A stretch of 64,000 nt of DNA from Pavona decussata (taxonomy: Eukaryota): contig CDRNST010000241.1 of the NCBI GenBank assembly GCA_977016875.1, positions 682,001-746,000 on the forward strand, in the 5' to 3' direction. How positions within the stretch are numbered: position 1 is the first letter of the stretch; each line of letters opens with the position of its first letter. Below are positions 61,368-64,000 of this stretch, in pieces. The notes under the pieces are model-generated. The model was given only the letters and a program-made list of their open reading frames with translations. It was not told where the DNA came from and did not search any database. A program made the position numbers and the translations under genes.

Positions 61368-64000
61368 ATGAACCCGAACAGCAGATACAAAGGACCGAAT
61401 ATTTTGTTTGAACTCAAACAAGCTCGTGCGAATTTTCGTCAGGCTTGCAAAGAACAACATCAAGTAAACAAATCACAGGTGAGAGAAATGACGTGTGGTC
61501 TTTTGTGCGTGTAAAAGTGTTCGTGGTATGTAACAGCATTTCCAAATACACGAGTGAGCTCCTGTATCATAAAAGTCATTGACATGCAGATTTCAAACAT
61601 ACAAAGCAGCGTCTGTCACGTAGTCACTGCTAAGTCCAAAGTATTTTGTCGGGAAGGAGTCTGAAATCTAGTTGATGGCATCTCCCCAAGCTTCAAAGGG
61701 ATAACAATGAAAATGCAAAAGTACCGTCTTTGTGCAGCTGGTGTCAAGTTGCAAAATTAAGGTTCATTTTTTTTTTTTTAGAAATATGAACTTGACAGAG
61801 AGCAGATTCAGATATGATGTTGTTTAGATTGGCATTAAATTTGCAAACTGTTCTGTCTTGTTCCTTTGTTACTTTTCCCAGACATTTTTTAAATGATCTT
61901 TAATGTCTGAGCCACTTCATCAAAACGATAAGGTTGACGAGAATGATGTATTATTCAGTAAGTGACACAGGCAAACTCGGAAAAAAAAAAACGAGTACTC
62001 CTATCAGGAGTCCAACCTGAGATCTTGATGTAAAATGGGTCCCTGCAATTTTTTTTGTTTATATGAAAGACATTGTAGCTACGTGTAGGGCTTCAAGTTA
62101 ACTAGAAAAATAAGTCGTGTTATACAAAGGAAAAATAGTTCTTTGGTGGACTCAAGAAATTGTAGGCTTCTCAGCTTGTTATCAAATGTTTAATTCTTTA
62201 CTCAGCTTAAACATCACAGCAACTACTACTGACAGCAACTTTGACAACATAGCATTTATAGTGATGGAGAGTTGACAGCCAAACTGAGGATATGTCCAGA
62301 AATGCATGCTAATGAATCCATGAACTGTTTTATAGACATCACAAAGTGTCCCTTACCCTAAATTCTTACTAAAACACAAATAATTCTGTCAAACATGAAG
62401 TCATATGAAAACGACAAAAAGGTCTGTCTTTTATAAAGTACACAAAATCAGGGTTGGGTGCATTTCTGAACATAAGTGGCCAAACTAACATTTCAAATGT
62501 AATAGAATCTAAGGTAATGTACAGCATAGTATATTTTGGAAAAAAAAAAAAGGCTGGCTAGAGTTTTGTAAAAAACTTAGCCCAATCACACATTGCCGAG
62601 ATAGTTTTCTTTACAAAATTTCAGTGACTCTATTAAAGTGCTCTGTGAACAAAGCAAAAGGAGAGCAATTTAAAAATTACAAGCTGCTAGGGAAGCTAAT
62701 TAAAGGTCGTTGCAAAGGAAACGAGAAAGGCTGGACTTGAGCCCACGCCTTTTTTCATAATTATGGCGGAACGTGCTAACAAGATCGAACCCTTAATGAA
62801 ATATTCTGTGCATGCTTAGTACAACAGGTTGGGTACAATAGGTGTTTCCATTTAGCAATTACCTTTAAATTGAAAGTCTTAACACCAGTTAGTCAGCAAA
62901 TTTGTTTAAGGTAAAATGAATTTAAAGTGAAAACATGCATGAACTGGTACAGATTTGGTTAGAAACACCGTGGAATTACACCAAAAACTGTCAAAAACGG
63001 GAAGACAGGTTATTTCCAGGCAATTTTGTGGCAAGAGTTTAACTGAACACAATCTATTGTTTTATCGATAAACCATTTAGGCCATATCTGACCGGGGCAT
63101 GTTTCTGGGGAAATAGATCAAAGCAATGCTGGACTTTTGCTCTGCACCAAATTCGCACTAGGAGAAACAACGTTTGATCAACGCAAATGAAATTAACCAT
63201 ACGAAAAACCATTACATGAAGCAATATCAACTAATAAAGTTTAGACTGCAAAACAGTCATTCTGCCCCTAAAAGCCCATAAAATCTATTCCAGTGCTGGT
63301 TTTGCTCCTTGTTCCGTAATGTGCTCAGACAGGAACAAATCAATGAACATTGTAGTGCCCGGCATGATTGATCTTGAGTAAATGCGTCACCTTCAAGACA
63401 ATGGGGTCAATTGACCAGTCTAGTATATTGCTGTAATGTAAAATAAAAAGAAAAAAGAAAATCGGTATCAAACGACTCAACAAACAAACCCATTCTGTTG
63501 TATCGCATTTTCTCCCCGATGTTTGTGGTTAAAATGGTAAAATGAGAACTCAGTAGAATCTGCCACAAACGCATTCACTTTCAAGAAAGTAAACAACCCT
63601 TATTGAATACTATTATAACATTACTCTTTTTTCCGTAGGCTGAGAGGCACATATGGGCTCTTAAAGGACTTTATAAGTCTGTCACGAAAACTGACCCTCC
63701 TGAAACAGAAAACGAGAGGGAATTGTCTGAAATGGAGAAAACGGAAGAAGAGACTGTTCAGGAAGCCAGAACTTTTATGAAAAAAGCGAAAAAAGCAAGT
63801 CGTCAAAAACACAAGGAAAGTGCTCCCAGTAGGTCAAAGAAAAGAAAACTAACTCTGGCTGAAAGCTATTTGTTATCAATACCAACAAAAATAAGAAAAG
63901 TTGTTCCCCAAAACAAGAACAATTTGTCAGATAGCAGTCAATCGGAATCTGAAAGTAAAGAAGGCAGCGAAGACGACGAAGAGGATGAGAACACCCAAAA
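61368..64000 (+). CDS. 5' part of a spliced gene of unknown function (coding exons 61368-61478 and 63639->64000)
   Basis: Acceptor CTATAG|61327, ATG at 61368, 37 codons to CAG|GTGAG, then a phase-0 join to TTTTTTCCGTAG|GCT and an open frame to the window end (AERHIWALKG...RSKKRKL...SEDDEEDE). Upstream donor AAG|GTAAGT at 61097. Confidence 0.55.

Overview
Eukaryotic (intron-containing, AT-rich) animal DNA. The repeat families and MITE termini look anthozoan/coral-like, which is an inference. The window is almost entirely a nested transposable-element graveyard. In order: the 3' end and LTR of a Gypsy element; an AcademH-type element (transposase plus convergent RecQ helicase) carrying a 60-bp derivative of its own ends with a 9-bp TSD and a Crypton; a Penelope fragment split by a second Crypton; a Mutator/Kolobok-like transposase relic; an 8-kb TIR element encoding a multi-exon CMC/Transib/RAG1-fold transposase with a SAP insertion; a kinase pseudogene; a tandem array of Crypton-like units; an apparently intact hAT element with a 5-bp TSD; a DIRS fragment; a degenerate Gypsy; a second AcademH-type helicase; a Sola3-like transposase; a CACTA fragment; nested Harbingers with an inverted duplication and a hammerhead-ribozyme mini-insertion; and a Tx1/L1 LINE. 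The window ends in the 5' part of a spliced gene of unknown function. Only the hAT ORF and this last gene look intact. TE coding relics from 1 to 46.5 kb are strongly biased to the + strand. No CRISPR array, rRNA or tRNA was seen. Family calls rest on motif recognition, not on database searches.
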